64,000 nt of DNA from positions 16,779 through 80,778 of the forward strand of contig JAKJGQ010000001.1 in the NCBI GenBank assembly GCA_022704305.1, written 5' to 3'. The position numbers and the translations under genes were made by a program. The notes beneath the pieces are model-generated. The model was not told the DNA's origin, did no database searches, and saw nothing but the letters and a program-made list of their open reading frames with translations. This stretch comes from Thermotogota bacterium (lineage in GTDB: Bacteria > Thermotogota > Thermotogae > Petrotogales > Petrotogaceae). Positions 38,565 to 48,202 of the stretch are shown here, piece by piece (the stretch's first letter is position 1; the number at the start of each line of letters is the position of its first letter).

Positions 38565-39167
38565 TTATATCTCTAAAGGTTCCACAATTGCTTTTGTTCC
38601 TTCAATCCTAATGGAAATTGGACCTTTTGGCCAGTCATGGTTATAAAAAGGCACTTCTGCAATTTCAACAAGCGGAGAGGCCATTTCGGAAACAACAATA
38701 AAGACGTTTTTTTTCGTATTAAGACCGGCTCGGAGTATACCCGATACTTTTCCAAAAACGATTACGCTTCCACCAGCCTTTACTTCTGCACCAGAGTTAA
38801 TATTTCCAAATATAATTATATCACCCGGATTTTCAATTGCCTGACCGGAGCGGACATGTTTTCTATAGATTTTTGTATTTGTAAGTTCAAGTTCCTTTTT
38901 ATTTTTTTTCATAGAAGGAAGCTCACCAAAAAAAGAGCCGGCAAGTTTAATACTCTGTGAAACAGCAAGTTTTGCTATTTTAGGTATCATATTGTACTGA
39001 CTTTCATCTTCAAGAAAAATATATATACTGTCGCCGATATTGAAAAAACTCTTCATGGTGTTGAGTTTTTTTTCGAAGCTCTCAAGCAATTCCTTTTGAG
39101 TATAGCCTTTCTGAAAGAAAAAAACCATATCTCCATCTATTATCTTTGCATAAATGATATCTTCCAT
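38565..39167 (-). CDS. minC: septum site-determining protein MinC
   Basis: 200 aa with a C-terminal MinC beta-helix domain (GNINSGAEVKAGGSVIVFGKVSG). Located immediately upstream of the M42 trio. Confidence 0.7.
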   Translation of the reverse strand: MEDIIYAKIIDGDMVFFFQKGYTQKELLESFEKKLNTMKSFFNIGDSIYIFLEDESQYNMIPKIAKLAVSQSIKLAGSFFGELPSMKKNKKELELTNTKIYRKHVRSGQAIENPGDIIIFGNINSGAEVKAGGSVIVFGKVSGILRAGLNTKKNVFIVVSEMASPLVEIAEVPFYNHDWPKGPISIRIEGTKAIVEPLEI

Positions 39168-39352
39168 AAATGCCCCCCGTTAACTATTGTATGTGAAACG
39201 AACAGTACACAATCTCAATATATCATACCACAAAAAGTAACTATAAGAAAAATGCATTTATTATCTTTATCGGTAAACTTCAGATTAATTAGTTTCTTTG
39301 GGATTTAATGAAGTCTTTTTCACTATATAGTCGATAGTATTTAACATCCGTA

Positions 39353-39368
39353 TTTGTAATATTACAAA
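39353..39368. promoter_or_regulatory. Perfect 16-bp palindrome TTTGTAATATTACAAA upstream of the methylmalonyl-CoA operon
   Basis: Located about 45 bp before the mutase start, just upstream of an AAATAAT -10-like element. Confidence 0.45.
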
Positions 39369-39410
39369 CTTTAATGTAAAATAATACTGTAAGCTTATCT
39401 TGTACTGGAG

Positions 39411-41102
39411 GTGTATCTGATGGATCAGGAAAATAAAATCAATGAACTTATTGAGAAAAAAGCTCTTTGGTATGAAAAAACTTTCAAAAAGACAGTGAGC
39501 AGATTTCCGGAGAGGAAAAAGGAGTTTAAAACATCTTATGGAAAAGTAGTTGATCCTGTTTATACTCCCGCCGATGTAAAAGATATCGACTATGCTAAGG
39601 ATATAGGATTCCCCGGTGATTATCCCTATACCAGAGGTGTTCAGCCCACAATGTACAGAGGAAGATTCTGGACAATGAGACAGTATGCAGGATTTGCTAG
39701 TGCCGAAGAATCAAATAAAAGATACCGTTATCTCTTGGAACAGGGACAGACAGGGCTTTCAGTCGCATTTGATCTTCCTACCCAGATAGGATACGATTCA
39801 GATGATGAAATGTCAGAAGGAGAAGTAGGAAAAGTTGGAGTAGCTATTGATTCACTGAAAGATATGGAAATACTTTTTGATAGTATACCTCTTGATAAAG
39901 TGAGTGTGTCAATGACGATAAACTCAACCTCGGCCATATTGCTTTCAATGCTGATGGCTGTAGGCGAAAAGCAGGGAGTACGTCATGACCAGCTTAGAGG
40001 AACCATTCAGAACGATATTCTTAAGGAATATATTGCCAGAGGCACCTACGTATTTCCTCCGGATCCTTCAATGAGAGTTATTGTAGACATATTTGAATAT
40101 GGATCCAAAAATCTTCCCAAATTCAATCTTATAAGCATAAGCGGATATCATATAAGAGAAGCAGGAGCAAATGCTGTTCAGGAAGTGGCTTTTACCATAG
40201 CAGACGGTATAGCTTATGTTGAGGCAGCAATTAAAGCCGGCCTTGACCCAAATGTTTTCGGAACCAACCTTTCGTTTTTCTTCAATGCTCATAACAACTT
40301 CATAGAGGAAATTTCAAAGTTTAGGGCAGCCAGAAAGATATGGGCAAAAGTAATGAAAGAAAGATTCCATGTCACCAACGAAGAAGCACTTAAACTTAAG
40401 TTCCACACACAGACGGCCGGTTCTACTCTTACTGCCCAACAGCCTATGAATAATATAATCAGAGTAACAATGCAGGCATTATCAGCAGTTCTTGGTGGAA
40501 CACAGTCACTTCACACAAATTCCTTTGACGAAGCACTTGGACTACCTACACAGGAATCGGCAACCATTGCTCTTAGGACTCAGCAGATTATAGCTTATGA
40601 ATCCGGAGTAACAGATACCGTTGATCCGTTTGCTGGATCCTATCTTATAGAACACCTTACAAAGGATATTGAAGGAAAAGCAATGGAGTATATTAAGAAA
40701 ATAGACGATATGGGCGGAATGGTCAGAGCTGTTGAAACAGGATATGTTCAAAAGGAAATTCTTAACTCTGCTTATGAAGCTCAATTGAGAATAGAGAAAA
40801 AAGAAGATGTAATAGTAGGTATGAATGAATTCACAACCGAAAAGGGAAGTAAACCTACACCAATACTTAAGGTTGACACATCGGTTGAGGAAAAACAGAA
40901 GGCCAAGATAAAAGAACTTAAAGAGAAAAGAGATAACAATTTGGTAAGTGAGAAACTTTCAAGTCTTAAGCAGGCTGCAGCATCTAAAGAAAATTTAATG
41001 CCTTTTATATACGAAGCTGTAAAAGCTTATGCCACACTTGGAGAAATAACAAACGTTCTCAGGGAAGTTTTTGGCGAATTCAGAGAATCGGTTATACTAT
41101 AA
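39411..41102 (+). CDS. mcmA: methylmalonyl-CoA mutase, large (catalytic, N-terminal domain) subunit
   Basis: MCM TIM-barrel substrate-binding domain with conserved blocks ([16 protein letters not shown]). No B12-binding domain, which is encoded by the next gene. Confidence 0.9.
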   Translation: MYLMDQENKINELIEKKALWYEKTFKKTVSRFPERKKEFKTSYGKVVDPVYTPADVKDIDYAKDIGFPGDYPYTRGVQPTMYRGRFWTMRQYAGFASAEESNKRYRYLLEQGQTGLSVAFDLPTQIGYDSDDEMSEGEVGKVGVAIDSLKDMEILFDSIPLDKVSVSMTINSTSAILLSMLMAVGEKQGVRHDQLRGTIQNDILKEYIARGTYVFPPDPSMRVIVDIFEYGSKNLPKFNLISISGYHIREAGANAVQEVAFTIADGIAYVEAAIKAGLDPNVFGTNLSFFFNAHNNFIEEISKFRAARKIWAKVMKERFHVTNEEALKLKFHTQTAGSTLTAQQPMNNIIRVTMQALSAVLGGTQSLHTNSFDEALGLPTQESATIALRTQQIIAYESGVTDTVDPFAGSYLIEHLTKDIEGKAMEYIKKIDDMGGMVRAVETGYVQKEILNSAYEAQLRIEKKEDVIVGMNEFTTEKGSKPTPILKVDTSVEEKQKAKIKELKEKRDNNLVSEKLSSLKQAAASKENLMPFIYEAVKAYATLGEITNVLREVFGEFRESVIL

Positions 41103-41117
41103 CGGAGGTGAGTTCTG

Positions 41118-41519
41118 ATGGAAAAAAGAATTAGGGTTGTAGTCGGCAAACCTGGTCTGGATGGTCATGACAGGGGGTCGAAAGTTGTTGCCCGTGCTTT
41201 GAGAGATGCAGGTATGGAGGTTATATATACAGGTATAAGGCAGACTCCCGAAGAAATAGTGAACACTGTTTTGCAGGAAGATGCAGATATTTTGGGTCTT
41301 TCAATACTTTCAGGCGCTCATATGAAGCTTTGTCAAAAGATAATAAAACTGATGAAAGAAAAAGAAATAAATGTTCCAATCTTCCTCGGAGGAATAATTC
41401 CAGCAGACGATATACCTGAACTCAAAAAAATGGGAGTAAATGAAGTTTTTGGTCCAGGCACTTCATTTGAAGATATTATAAAAAGGGTGAAGGAAATTGT
41501 CTTGGGAACAGCAGTATAA
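41118..41519 (+). CDS. mcmB: methylmalonyl-CoA mutase, small B12-binding subunit
   Basis: Cobalamin-binding motif DxHxxG (DGHDRG) and a Rossmann-like B12 domain, 133 aa. Confidence 0.9.
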   Translation: MEKRIRVVVGKPGLDGHDRGSKVVARALRDAGMEVIYTGIRQTPEEIVNTVLQEDADILGLSILSGAHMKLCQKIIKLMKEKEINVPIFLGGIIPADDIPELKKMGVNEVFGPGTSFEDIIKRVKEIVLGTAV

Positions 41520-42432
41520 TTTAATTTCAGATGATTTTTTTAAAGGCCGTATCTACGCGCTAGCAAAGATGATTACTCTTGTGGAAAACCATCCCGATTC
41601 CGCATGGAAAATCATTGAAACTCTCAAAAAAAATACTTCTGGAGATACTCCGACCATCGGCTTTACAGGTAGTCCTGGTGCAGGGAAAAGTACTTTGGTT
41701 TCCGCTTATGTAAGTATGATGGCGGCAAAGAATCAAAAAATTGGAGTAATAGCTGTAGATCCAAGCAGTCCTTTTACGATGGGAGCATTTTTGGGAGACA
41801 GGATAAGGATGCGGGATATTTCTGAATCTGAAAGTGTTTATATCAGAAGTGTTGCCTCAAGGGGCAGCGTAGGTGGTCTTTGCGATGCCATATACGATAT
41901 CGTTGATGTAATGAAGGCTTTTGGTTTTGATAAAATAATAATAGAGACTGTCGGTGCTGGACAATCAGAGATAGAGATAGTTTATGTAGCAGATACAGTT
42001 TTATTGGTTATGTCTCCGGATTCCGGAGATGAAATACAGATGTTCAAAGCTGGTATAATGGAGATAGCAGACGGATATGTTGTCAACAAGATAGACCTTC
42101 CACAGGCTAATGCTTTTTCGGTAAAGCTTAGAAATACACTTGCTTTGGAAAACGATGTAAAATCCAAAAGAAAGGTTTTTGAAGTCAGTGCCTCAAAGAA
42201 TCTCGGAGTTGAGGAATTGGAGAAGTGGATAGACCAGTTTTACAGCGAGATGAGTTCTAATGGTGAAATTTTTAAACGTCATGAGCGCAGGCTTAAAAGA
42301 AGGGTTAGAAGCAATCTCATGAGAGTAATGGATAATATTATTTCATCTCAGGAAGTTGGGAAAAACAGTCTAAGAGAGTTTAAGAGTATGATAGTAAAAA
42401 AATATATTCAGCAGGAGGCATGTGATGACTGA
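41497..42432 (+). CDS. meaB: methylmalonyl-CoA mutase-associated G-protein chaperone MeaB/ArgK
   Basis: P-loop GSPGAGKST and MeaB family blocks. TTG start overlapping the small subunit gene. Confidence 0.85.
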   Translation: MSWEQQYNLISDDFFKGRIYALAKMITLVENHPDSAWKIIETLKKNTSGDTPTIGFTGSPGAGKSTLVSAYVSMMAAKNQKIGVIAVDPSSPFTMGAFLGDRIRMRDISESESVYIRSVASRGSVGGLCDAIYDIVDVMKAFGFDKIIIETVGAGQSEIEIVYVADTVLLVMSPDSGDEIQMFKAGIMEIADGYVVNKIDLPQANAFSVKLRNTLALENDVKSKRKVFEVSASKNLGVEELEKWIDQFYSEMSSNGEIFKRHERRLKRRVRSNLMRVMDNIISSQEVGKNSLREFKSMIVKKYIQQEACDD

Positions 42433-42829
42433 AAAGATTGATCATATAGGAATAGCAGTTAAATCAATAGATGAAGCGCTTAAGCTTTATAATGATTTGC
42501 TGGGAATAGCACCTTCACATGAAGAGATTATGCCAGAAAGAGGTCTGAGAGTAGTATTTATAGAAATTGGAGGGAGCAGGATAGAATTATTGCAGCCTGT
42601 TTCCGATAACTCCGAAGTATCAGCTTTTCTTGAAAAGAAAGGCGAAGGAATGCATCATATTGCTTACAAAGTAGATGATGTAAAAGCTATGATAACCAAA
42701 GCCAAAGAGCTGGGACTTAGGACTCTTTCTGATGAGCCTAAAAACGGTGCGCATAATACCAGTGTGGTTTTTATGCATCCAAAATCGGCTAACGGAGTTC
42801 TTGTTGAGCTTGTGGAACATAAAAAGTAA
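42422..42829 (+). CDS. mce: methylmalonyl-CoA epimerase (VOC/glyoxalase fold)
   Basis: 135 aa VOC family protein with metal ligands H..E..H..E (HIGIAV, HHIAY). Its position within the mutase operon supports the call. Confidence 0.8.
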   Translation: MMTEKIDHIGIAVKSIDEALKLYNDLLGIAPSHEEIMPERGLRVVFIEIGGSRIELLQPVSDNSEVSAFLEKKGEGMHHIAYKVDDVKAMITKAKELGLRTLSDEPKNGAHNTSVVFMHPKSANGVLVELVEHKK

Positions 42830-42859
42830 TTTCCATTATAATATAGGAGGTCGGAAAAG

Positions 42860-44416
42860 ATGTCAGATCCCAAGTTTTTAGAAAAGCTTGAAGATTATAA
42901 CAAAAGGCTGCAGAAGTTATATGAATGCGGCGGAAAAGATAAGATAGACAAACAGCATTCGAATGGAAAACTTACTGCCAGAGAAAGAATAGAGTATTTA
43001 GTAGACGAAGGTTCTTTCGAGGAAGTGGATATTTTTGTAAAACACAGGAGCACCAATTTTGATCTTGATAAGAAGCAGTTTCCCTATGATGGTGTTGTGA
43101 CAGGTTTTGGAAAAGTAAATGGTAAAAAGATTGCTATTTTTTCTCAGGATTTTACAGTTCAGGGCGGATCCTTGGGTGAGATGCATGCCAAAAAAATAAT
43201 AAAAATTCAGGATCTGGCTATGAAATACGGAATGCCCATAGTAGGGATAAACGATTCAGGAGGGGCAAGAATACAAGAAGGTGTGGATGCACTTTATGGA
43301 TACGGAGGGATATTTTACAGAAATACTCTTGCATCTGGTGTAATTCCACAGATAACAGTCATCTCAGGTCCCTGTGCCGGCGGTGCTGTCTATTCTCCGG
43401 CTATAACAGATTTTACAATTATGGTTGATAAAACTTCGCAAATGTTTATTACAGGTCCTAAGGTTATAAAGTCCGTAACCAATGAAGATGTCGACGGAGA
43501 GAGTCTTGGTGGAGCAAGTGTTCACAACTCAAAAAGTGGAGTAGCTCATCTTAAAGCGAGTGATGATAAACAGGCTATGGAGTATGTAAAAAAACTTCTT
43601 TCTTATATTCCGTCCAATAATCTTGAAACAGTCCCGGATGATGATGGAGACTTCTCATTTGAGATAGACAAAAAAATATATGACCTTGTTTCACCAGATC
43701 CTAAAAAAGCATACGATATAAAAGAATTGATTTCAATTATTTTTGATGATGAAACGTTTTTTGAAATACAGCCTGATTATGCTAAAAATATAGTAGTAGG
43801 TTTTGCACGAATATCTGGAAAGTCGGTAGGAATAATCGCCAATCAACCTAAACAGCTTGCAGGTTCCCTTGATATAAATGCCTCGGATAAGGCTTCACGA
43901 TTCATAAGATTTTGTGATGCTTTTAATGTTCCTATAATTACTTTTGTGGATACTCCAGGTTACTTACCAGGAGTAGGTCAGGAGCATGATGGAATTATAA
44001 GACATGGGGCAAAACTCTTGTTTGCATACTCAGAATCAACTGTTCCTAAAGTTACTGTTATTATAAGAAAGGCATATGGTGGTGCTTATATTGCTATGGC
44101 TTCGCAGCATCTAGGGTCTGATTTTGTTTTTGCATGGCCGACTGCAGAAATAGCAGTTATGGGTCCTGATGGTGCAGCAAATATAATTTTTGCTAAAGAT
44201 ATAGAAAACTCAAAAGAACCTGAAACTACAAGAAAAGAGAAGATAGAAGATTATAAAAAGCAGTTTGCTAATCCCTATGAAGCAGCAGCAAAGGGCTATA
44301 TTGAAGATGTAATAGATCCTGCAACCACAAGGGCGAAAATAGCAAAGGCCCTAGATATAAGTATGAACAAGGCAGAACCTAGGCCTGCAAAGAAACATGG
44401 AAATATTCCATTATAA
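42860..44416 (+). CDS. methylmalonyl-CoA carboxyltransferase (PccB / MmdA-like)
   Basis: Tandem crotonase-fold carboxyltransferase domains, 518 aa, as in the propionyl-CoA carboxylase beta subunit and the methylmalonyl-CoA decarboxylase alpha subunit. Confidence 0.9.
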   Translation: MSDPKFLEKLEDYNKRLQKLYECGGKDKIDKQHSNGKLTARERIEYLVDEGSFEEVDIFVKHRSTNFDLDKKQFPYDGVVTGFGKVNGKKIAIFSQDFTVQGGSLGEMHAKKIIKIQDLAMKYGMPIVGINDSGGARIQEGVDALYGYGGIFYRNTLASGVIPQITVISGPCAGGAVYSPAITDFTIMVDKTSQMFITGPKVIKSVTNEDVDGESLGGASVHNSKSGVAHLKASDDKQAMEYVKKLLSYIPSNNLETVPDDDGDFSFEIDKKIYDLVSPDPKKAYDIKELISIIFDDETFFEIQPDYAKNIVVGFARISGKSVGIIANQPKQLAGSLDINASDKASRFIRFCDAFNVPIITFVDTPGYLPGVGQEHDGIIRHGAKLLFAYSESTVPKVTVIIRKAYGGAYIAMASQHLGSDFVFAWPTAEIAVMGPDGAANIIFAKDIENSKEPETTRKEKIEDYKKQFANPYEAAAKGYIEDVIDPATTRAKIAKALDISMNKAEPRPAKKHGNIPL

Positions 44417-44421
44417 GGGGT

Positions 44422-44982
44422 GTGTCCATGAAATCAATAAAAAAAATAATTACGGTATTTCTTTTTTGCTTCTTGATAATTTCAGCTTTTAGTATTGATT
44501 CAGCTTTGCCTACAGATAGCACTATCCCGCAAAGTATTGATGTTGTTCAGGCAAAGTCTTCAGTTGATCAAAATGCCGGAACTGATGTAAAAACTTCCGA
44601 AGGTTCTTTTTCTGGAGAGAAAGTATGGTATGTTACATACATGGGAGTTATAATAGTTTTTACTGTTCTGGTTATACTGATGTTTGTTTTCCAGCTTATG
44701 AAGTATATGAAACTTCAGGATAAACCAAAGCATAATATGAATCTTCCTAAGCCCGAAAGCAAGCCTCAACCGATTCAGCAGGGAGTTCATGTGAATGAAG
44801 TATTGTTAGACGATGCAGAACAGGAAGTAGCTGTTATAATGGCAGCAATCGCCGTTTATGAAGGTGACACGCAATACGCGGTAACTAGTATAAAGCCGGC
44901 GATTAATAAGAAATCTTCCAAGGTTCATTTTTCATCAATGTGGGGGGTTGCTCCTTCCCACACAACATGGCGGACAAAGTAG
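44422..44982 (+). CDS. OadG/MmdD-like small membrane subunit of a biotin-dependent decarboxylase
   Basis: Single TM helix VIIVFTVLVILMFVFQLM followed by an alanine-rich AVIMAAIAVY segment. Located between the carboxyltransferase and the BCCP. Confidence 0.5.
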   Translation: MSMKSIKKIITVFLFCFLIISAFSIDSALPTDSTIPQSIDVVQAKSSVDQNAGTDVKTSEGSFSGEKVWYVTYMGVIIVFTVLVILMFVFQLMKYMKLQDKPKHNMNLPKPESKPQPIQQGVHVNEVLLDDAEQEVAVIMAAIAVYEGDTQYAVTSIKPAINKKSSKVHFSSMWGVAPSHTTWRTK

Positions 44983-45006
44983 AATAATATAACTGGAGGG
45001 ATAAAA

Positions 45007-45435
45007 GTGGTAAAGAAATTTAATGTAAAAGTAAACGGAAAGATATTTGAAGTAGAAGTTGAAGAAACAGCATCTTTAAACTCATCTACAGTAGTATCTT
45101 CAACACCGGCAACTGCTCCTGCGCAGCCAGTAAAATCTGTTGCTCAGGTAAATGAAGCCAAGCCAGAAGTAAAAGCTGCACCTGTACAGGAAAAAGCTCC
45201 TCAGGCAGAGTATTCAGGAGAAGGATTTAAAGTTGCTGCACCTCTTCCAGGTGTCATAGTTGAAGTTGTTGTTTCTGAGGGACAGAAAGTTAATAAAGGG
45301 GATCACCTTCTTACTATAGAAGCAATGAAAATGGAAAATGTGATACCAGCAGAGGCTTCAGGAACAGTAAGAAATATACTAGTTAAGAAAGGCGATACGG
45401 TTGAAGGAGATCAACTTCTTTTGGTGATCGGTTAA
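45007..45435 (+). CDS. biotin carboxyl carrier protein (biotinyl domain)
   Basis: Biotinylation motif EAMKME and a Pro/Ala-rich linker. Confidence 0.85.
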   Translation: MVKKFNVKVNGKIFEVEVEETASLNSSTVVSSTPATAPAQPVKSVAQVNEAKPEVKAAPVQEKAPQAEYSGEGFKVAAPLPGVIVEVVVSEGQKVNKGDHLLTIEAMKMENVIPAEASGTVRNILVKKGDTVEGDQLLLVIG

Positions 45436-45446
45436 TTAAATAAATC

Positions 45447-45482
45447 AAATCCTGCCATAGCTGAGAATCAATGGCAGGATTT
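45447..45482 (+). terminator. Stem-loop after the BCCP gene
   Basis: AAATCCTGCCAT-N12-ATGGCAGGATTT perfect 12-bp arms. The T tract is short. Confidence 0.5.
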
Positions 45483-45499
45483 AATATTATGGTGATATT

Positions 45500-46054
45500 A
45501 TGGAACTTTCAAAACTTCTAGAAAAGCAAGTATTTTGTGTTCTTGATACCGAAACAACAGGTCTTTCACCCAGAAGTGGCGACCGTATTGTAGAGATCGC
45601 TATTTATAAGATTGATTTAAGCAACGGCTACAGACTTTCTGATAAATATGTAAAACTTATAAATCCAGAAAGATATATTCCTTTATCTGTTTCAAAGATA
45701 CATGGAATATATGACTATCATGTGGAAAAGGCTCCTAAGTTTTACGAAATATGTGAAAGTTTCTTAGAGTTTATTGGAAGCAATATTCTAGTTATACAGA
45801 ATGCTCCTTTTGACCTTTCTTTTTTGAATAATGAGCTGAGGCTATGCTCTCATCTTTCACTTGAAAATGAAATTATTGATACTATAAGTATGTCCTGGAA
45901 GGTATTCAAGGGGCATACCAGACATAATCTTGACACCATATGCCAACGGCTGAATATCAACACAGAAGTTCAAAGACACAGGGCAGAAGGCGATGTTATA
46001 ATCACTGCTGAAGCTTTTATAAAGATGAGAGATATACTGATTACAAAAACATAA
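45500..46054 (+). CDS. DEDDh 3'-5' exonuclease (DNA polymerase III epsilon-like)
   Basis: Exo I motif VLDTETTG, Exo II motif around NAPFD, and Exo III motif H.AEGD. Confidence 0.8.
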   Translation: MELSKLLEKQVFCVLDTETTGLSPRSGDRIVEIAIYKIDLSNGYRLSDKYVKLINPERYIPLSVSKIHGIYDYHVEKAPKFYEICESFLEFIGSNILVIQNAPFDLSFLNNELRLCSHLSLENEIIDTISMSWKVFKGHTRHNLDTICQRLNINTEVQRHRAEGDVIITAEAFIKMRDILITKT

Positions 46055-46056
46055 CA

Positions 46057-46083
46057 CTCTGATTGAATTTCAGAGTGTTTCAT
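46057..46083. terminator. Bidirectional terminator between the exonuclease and PPIase genes
   Basis: AACACTCTGA-ttgaatt-TCAGAGTGTT perfect hairpin. Confidence 0.7.
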
Positions 46084-46564
46084 TTTCTATAGAAATACTT
46101 TTAATTACTACAGGTACAAGGGGCTTATCCCTGAAATCGACTTTGGATTTTCCAATTTTGTCGACAACTTCCATTCCATGGATAACCTTTCCGAATGCTG
46201 CATAATTACCGTCTAAATGTGAATGATCATCCAACATTATAAAAAACTGCGAACCTGCTGAATCAGGATCACTGCTTCTGGCCATAGAAATAACACCTTT
46301 AGTATGTTTAAGTGTGTTATTGATTCCGTTAGTGCTGAACTCTCCCTTGATCTCATACCCTGGTCCACCAGTGCCATCTCCGTTAGGACATCCGCCTTGT
46401 ATCACAAATCCTTTTACTATACGGTGAAAGGTAAGGCCAGAATAAAAATTCTTTCTGCATAGGTCTATAAAGTTTTTTACTGTCAAAGGAGCATATTTTT
46501 CATATAATTCCACTACGATTTTCTCTTCATTTTCCATAGTAATAACTGCTTTCAGACTTTCCAT
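46070..46564 (-). CDS. ppiB: cyclophilin-type peptidyl-prolyl cis-trans isomerase
   Basis: Cyclophilin signature HRIVKGFVIQGG and SMAR..PDSAGSQFFI. Confidence 0.9.
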   Translation of the reverse strand: MESLKAVITMENEEKIVVELYEKYAPLTVKNFIDLCRKNFYSGLTFHRIVKGFVIQGGCPNGDGTGGPGYEIKGEFSTNGINNTLKHTKGVISMARSSDPDSAGSQFFIMLDDHSHLDGNYAAFGKVIHGMEVVDKIGKSKVDFRDKPLVPVVIKSISIENETL

Positions 46565-46585
46565 GTTCTACCTCCATATGTATTA

Positions 46586-47119
46586 TTAAGTGTTGGAATC
46601 ATTTTTCTCAGATGTTTTATCTTTTGAGGAAAAAATACTTAACAGCAGTCCAAGTACAAAACTCCATACTGCAGCTAGAGTCATTTGCCATTGAGGCGAA
46701 AGCATAAATGTAACCGTATGAGCACCCAGCCAAAACCAGACAAGAGTAAACATAGATTTTTTAAGCTTCTGCCAAGAAAGTTCAATTTTTCCTAAAATAA
46801 TAGAATCAAGAACCCTGTGTATGATTATAAGCCATGGTCCAAAAAGCCAGTTGGTAAAAAAAGATTTGAGAAAACTTTTAATAAAAAGATTATCCGGAAC
46901 AATACCGTTTTTAACAAGCTCATATACAAAACCGTTGAAGCCAGTAAAGATGAACTTTATCAGAATTCCAAGTACAGCCCATACAACAGCGGAATAAAGA
47001 AATCTGAAAATTTTGATTTTCTCTTTTTTTATAATTAAGGCAACAGCTTCACCAAAACTTCCAAGAACTGCAAACTGAATCATAGCAAGCAGAAAAGGGT
47101 TGATTGTTTTAAAGTCCAT
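46586..47119 (-). CDS. integral membrane protein (unknown function)
   Basis: About 5 TM helices and a Trp-rich sequence. No confident family assignment from sequence alone. Confidence 0.5.
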   Translation of the reverse strand: MDFKTINPFLLAMIQFAVLGSFGEAVALIIKKEKIKIFRFLYSAVVWAVLGILIKFIFTGFNGFVYELVKNGIVPDNLFIKSFLKSFFTNWLFGPWLIIIHRVLDSIILGKIELSWQKLKKSMFTLVWFWLGAHTVTFMLSPQWQMTLAAVWSFVLGLLLSIFSSKDKTSEKNDSNT

Positions 47120-47185
47120 TTTTTCCTCCAGAGTTAGATTATTTGAGTTTAGTAAAGATCACATATAAATTATATCAGAAAAAAT

Positions 47186-47234
47186 CTTAATAAGGAATAA
47201 TTTAGAATTGAACTTTCTTAATAAAACTTAATAA
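47186..47234 (+). promoter_or_regulatory. Three CTTAATAA direct repeats (candidate Pho boxes) upstream of pstS
   Basis: Copies at about 47186, 47217 and 47227. The last two are 10 bp apart and the first is 31 bp upstream, which places them on one helical face. They lie 65-115 bp upstream of the pstS start. Confidence 0.4.
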
Positions 47235-47299
47235 AAAACAAAACGGTAAAAACATTAGTGAATTAAAATAATAGTGAAAGAAAAAATAGGAGGGAAAGT

Positions 47300-48121
47300 A
47301 TGAAAAAAATTCTGGTCTTTCTGGTTTTGGTTGTAAGTGTGTTTTCTTTTTCTGCACCGCTTGTAGTTAAAGGATCAAATACCGTTCTTCCCATTGCTCA
47401 GATGTGGGCTGAGGAGATGAAAAAGCTTAATCCTTCAATAAATATAACTTTGGAAGGAGCAGGTTCATCAACCGGAATATCTGCTTTATTCAACAATACA
47501 GCCGATATAGCCAACTCTTCGCGCTGGCTTAAAGCAAGTGAAATTGAGCAGATGGGGAAGGAAAAAAAGCTTTTCATGCCTATTGTTGTTGCATACGACG
47601 GAATTGCCGTGGTAGTAAACAAAAGCATAAAACTGGACAATATTTCCATTTCCACTCTTAAAGATATATATACTGGTAAAATAACAACATGGAACCAAAT
47701 TGATCCTAATCTTCCGAAAAACAGGATAAATGTTTATTCAAGAAACACAGCATCAGGAACTTATGAAACTTTTTCCCACTTTGTTCTTGGTTCTGATAAG
47801 ATGTCTCCGTCAGTAAGGATGGTTGAATCAACACAGTTTGAGGCCGATGTGGTTCTCAGAGATTCAAACGCTATTGCTTATATGGGTATTGGATACGTGG
47901 ACAGCAACGTTAAGGTTCTTAAAGTAGAAGGAGTTATGCCTTCAAAAACTACTGTTCTTGATTCTACATATATAATGTCCAGACCTTTGTACATGTTTAT
48001 CAATGCAACTGAAGGTTTTCCGATGACTGGTCCTGTTAAAGAGTATTTCTCCTTTGCAACTTCAAAAAAAGGTCAGGAGTTAGTGGAAAAAGCCGGATTC
48101 ATAGCTGCCTACGGAAACTAA
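47300..48121 (+). CDS. pstS: phosphate ABC transporter substrate-binding protein PstS
   Basis: Signal peptide plus PBP-like fold with conserved phosphate-binding residues (GSSTG, SR, GIGYVD). Confidence 0.9.
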   Translation: MKKILVFLVLVVSVFSFSAPLVVKGSNTVLPIAQMWAEEMKKLNPSINITLEGAGSSTGISALFNNTADIANSSRWLKASEIEQMGKEKKLFMPIVVAYDGIAVVVNKSIKLDNISISTLKDIYTGKITTWNQIDPNLPKNRINVYSRNTASGTYETFSHFVLGSDKMSPSVRMVESTQFEADVVLRDSNAIAYMGIGYVDSNVKVLKVEGVMPSKTTVLDSTYIMSRPLYMFINATEGFPMTGPVKEYFSFATSKKGQELVEKAGFIAAYGN

Positions 48122-48140
48122 CAATAGATTATAAACTGCA

Positions 48141-48162
48141 GCAGGGGATAGTTTTCCCCTGC
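48141..48162 (+). terminator. Intra-operon stem-loop after pstS
   Basis: GCAGGGGA-tagttt-TCCCCTGC hairpin with weak trailing Ts. Placement fits a partial terminator between the binding-protein and permease genes. Confidence 0.45.
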
Positions 48163-48202
48163 TTATGCCTATGATCATGAAATAAGAGGTGTTTAATTTT
48201 AT

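Noticed and set aside
39167-39411. Cobalamin riboswitch upstream of the B12-dependent mutase
   Set aside because: No B12-box (GCCACTG-like) and no GC-rich multi-stem region. The 5' region is plain AT-rich promoter DNA, except for the palindrome reported separately.
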